A DNA stretch of 50,965 nt, filler included, from Sphacelaria rigidula (lineage: Eukaryota): the NCBI GenBank assembly GCA_964200075.2. It is 3 parts of 3 records of this genome, joined end to end, with 100 filler letters (N's around TTAATTAATTAA, not from the genome) between each part and the next. Parts side by side here need not be neighbours in the genome. Positions count along the whole stretch, not along the records: positions 34,047 to 50,965 come from CAXNAA020001218.1; 2 more parts are not named here. One strand, written 5' to 3'. Made by a program: the position numbers and the translations under genes. Shown here one piece after another: positions 48,883 through 50,965 of the stretch. Under the pieces are notes generated by a model, which did not search any database, was not told where the DNA came from, and saw nothing but the letters and a program-made list of their open reading frames with translations. Position 1 is the stretch's first letter; each line of letters starts with the position of its first letter.

Positions 48883-49283
48883 TTAACCCTTAGACGACAA
48901 GAGTAGGTTACCTGCGGAATCGGTCTCAATTTCGCTCGAGAAAACCGTGTGTGATCCAGATGGACTACCCGCATCGCGGTCTGAGGGTTAATTAACCCTT
49001 GGACGGCGAGAGTAGATCACCTGTTGAATCGGCATCAATTTCACTTGTAAAAAGTATGCATGATCCAGGTGGACTACCCTCGCGTTCTGAGGGTTAACCC
49101 TTGGACGGCGAGAGTAGGTCATGTGTTGAATCGGCATCAATTCGACTTGGAGAATGTATGCATGATCCAGATGGACTACCCTCGCGGTCTGAGGGTTAAC
49201 CCTTCGGCCGCGATGCGGGTAGTCCATCTGGATCACACATACTTTCTCAAGTAAATTTGATGCCGATTCAGCAGGTGATCTAT
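48883..49283. mobile_element. Tandem array of ~100-bp piggyBac-like MITEs (family A): three direct copies plus one inverted, truncated copy
   Basis: Units 48887-48987, 48996-49093 and 49098-49195 each read TTAA|CCCTT(A/G)GACG..GAGTAG..TGGACTACCC..GCG(G/T)TCTGAGGG|TTAA with ~24-bp imperfect TIRs. An inverted copy starts at 49200. TTAA with CCCT..AGGG ends is the piggyBac signature. Confidence 0.85.
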
Positions 49284-50123
49284 CAGCATCACCATGTCAA
49301 CGACCGGTAGGGACCATACCACCGCAGGGTTCGTGTTGTACTTTCACACACATACACAGCATGTGTAACCTCGTATATTAGCCCTTGGACACCGAAAGGT
49401 GTATGTAGACTGACGTCTAGGATATATATGATGACACAAGACAAAAAGAGACAGTGAGTGTCGCCCGTAAACAGTTTCACCGGCTGACAATCCGAAGACA
49501 TGCGGGGGTTTCCAGGGGGAGGGAGGGTGGTTCTTGACAGGGGGTGGGGGCCTGTTCGCAAAGCAGCTGAAAAGCTCACCAAGTCAACCATGTGTGCTTG
49601 GAAGTTTCCCACGGAAAATTATGAGCCAGGAACAAGACCAGGGATGAGCAGAGTACTCCTTCTGGTCAATCATGGCTGTCAGAATAGTCACTTTGTTCTC
49701 CTACATATGGACCGCAGGTGGGCTACTTCGCTGCCTAGCCGCATTTCTCATGTTGGTCAGGACAATTCAACCATGAATTACGTGGGCAAAGACAGCGCGC
49801 TTTTCATTTACCCCGTTCGCGTCTGTGCCGCCTGCTTGGCCCCTCATGTGTTGCCAGCATCGCTTCACAGTCTGTAGTGTTTTTGTGGAACCCTGGTCTA
49901 CGCCTTCCGGGAGATGTGTGCGCATCAGCCAGGGTCATACGAAGGAAGGTCAACACAAAGATATTATATTTCTTCCTTGTTTTTTATAGCACTTCCCCTC
50001 TCTTCTCCGGTCCATGACGTCAAACTTTGTGTGCCCACGGCATGGCCATTATTTTCACTTGAACACCGGGCTGGAGACCCGTATCACCCACGCGGGTGGC
50101 CGAAGGATTTCTCTCGTTGAATC

Positions 50124-50710
50124 CTAACCCTTAGACCGCGAGAGTAGTCTTTCCGGATCATGCATACTTCTTTTTCACTTGAAATTGATGCCGATTCAAC
50201 AGGAGACTAACCTCGCGGTCTAAGGGTTAAACTGCGGAGTGTTGTTCTTATAGGACCTACCGCTTGGTTGATCAGGACTTTCCCGGAGTTCGATTACTTG
50301 ATTTGACTATCAACATCGATATTCGGATCTTTAGTGGGGCTGATCAAGTGGTGAACTAACCTCGATCCAGATGGACTACCCGCATCGCAATCTAAAGATT
50401 AAGTCGGAAACACCGAGAAAAACTTGCTTGATGTTTTCAGTATTTTCGGCTATCCATTGTTACAATAATTACGTGAAACATAACCGCCACTATCACTTTC
50501 ACTCTCACGTCACGTTCCCAGTTGTCGGGCCTCGCGAGGGTAGTTGACCTGCTGAATAAGCATCAATATTCACTCGAAAAAAGTATGCCTCATCGCTATG
50601 GACTACCCTTTTAGACCGCGAGGGTAGTCCATCTGAACCACGTATACCCTTTTTCAGGTAAAAGTGGTGCGGATTCAACAGTTGACTTACTCTCGTCATG
50701 TAAGGGTTGA
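50124..50710. mobile_element. Further family-A MITE copies (50124-50230 full; ~50360-50402 partial; ~50530-50710 two fused copies in opposite orientation)
   Basis: CCCTTAGACCGCGAGAGTAG..CCTCGCGGTCTAAGGG|TTAA and related motifs. Degenerate copies also occur at ~762-862, ~9180-9283 and ~46773-46870. Confidence 0.75.
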
Positions 50711-50965
50711 GGCTGTGTCTTATAAAATTGTTTTCGTGTTGAAAACGTGCGGTGGAATCGAATTCGCTCGTATCTGATACGTCCATGACATCTATTTCAT
50801 CAGATGGCTGAGTACATATGGATGCGTTTCTGAGCCTAGCCACATGTCGCGATGAAGCTGAATGCTCTGATCATGAAACGTCGTCTAAGTAAGGCAGTGC
50901 ATACCCCCCCCCCCTTCTGGCGGCGTTCAAATGGTGAGACACCCAGGAGGCAGTGTAAAAGCTGT

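Noticed and set aside
48883-49283. Regularly spaced repeats resembling a CRISPR array
   Set aside because: The whole ~100-bp units are homologous with no unique spacers, they carry TIRs and TTAA duplications, no cas genes are present, and the context is eukaryotic.
44300-49877. Medium-length ORFs (44300-44788, 47067-47411, 48456-48974, 48479-48886, 49500-49877) as genes
   Set aside because: I recognised no domains and found no consistent phase-compatible exon chain, and one overlaps the MITE array. Real exons cannot be excluded without transcript data.

Overview
This is eukaryotic, intron-rich, repeat-rich genomic DNA, most likely from an ochrophyte alga such as a brown alga (inferred from the type of FAD2 N-terminus and the long introns). 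The window is three apparently unrelated scaffolds of about 16.9 kb (1-16924, 17025-33946, 34047-50965). They are joined by artificial 100-bp N44-TTAATTAATTAA-N44 spacers. Scaffold 1 carries a minus-strand gene of at least 6 exons encoding an intact but catalytically degenerate CaMK-like pseudokinase followed by the start of a probable PH domain. That gene has an 8.2-kb MITE-filled intron and a probable GC-AG intron, and lies head-to-head with exon 1 of a delta-12 fatty acid desaturase with a SAP-like N-terminal module. Scaffold 2 carries the first exons of a PP2A B55 regulatory subunit (-), divergent from a complete 9-exon, two-RRM, UBP1-associated-protein-2-like gene with a G/Q/Y-rich tail (+). 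Scaffold 3 is mostly non-autonomous DNA transposons: a ~100-bp TTAA piggyBac-like MITE including a tandem array, Harbinger-like and fold-back elements, and a tRNA-His-like Pol III head. It has only weak exon candidates. I found no prokaryotic operon, CRISPR array or autonomous transposase. Almost all ORFs in the supplied six-frame track appear spurious.
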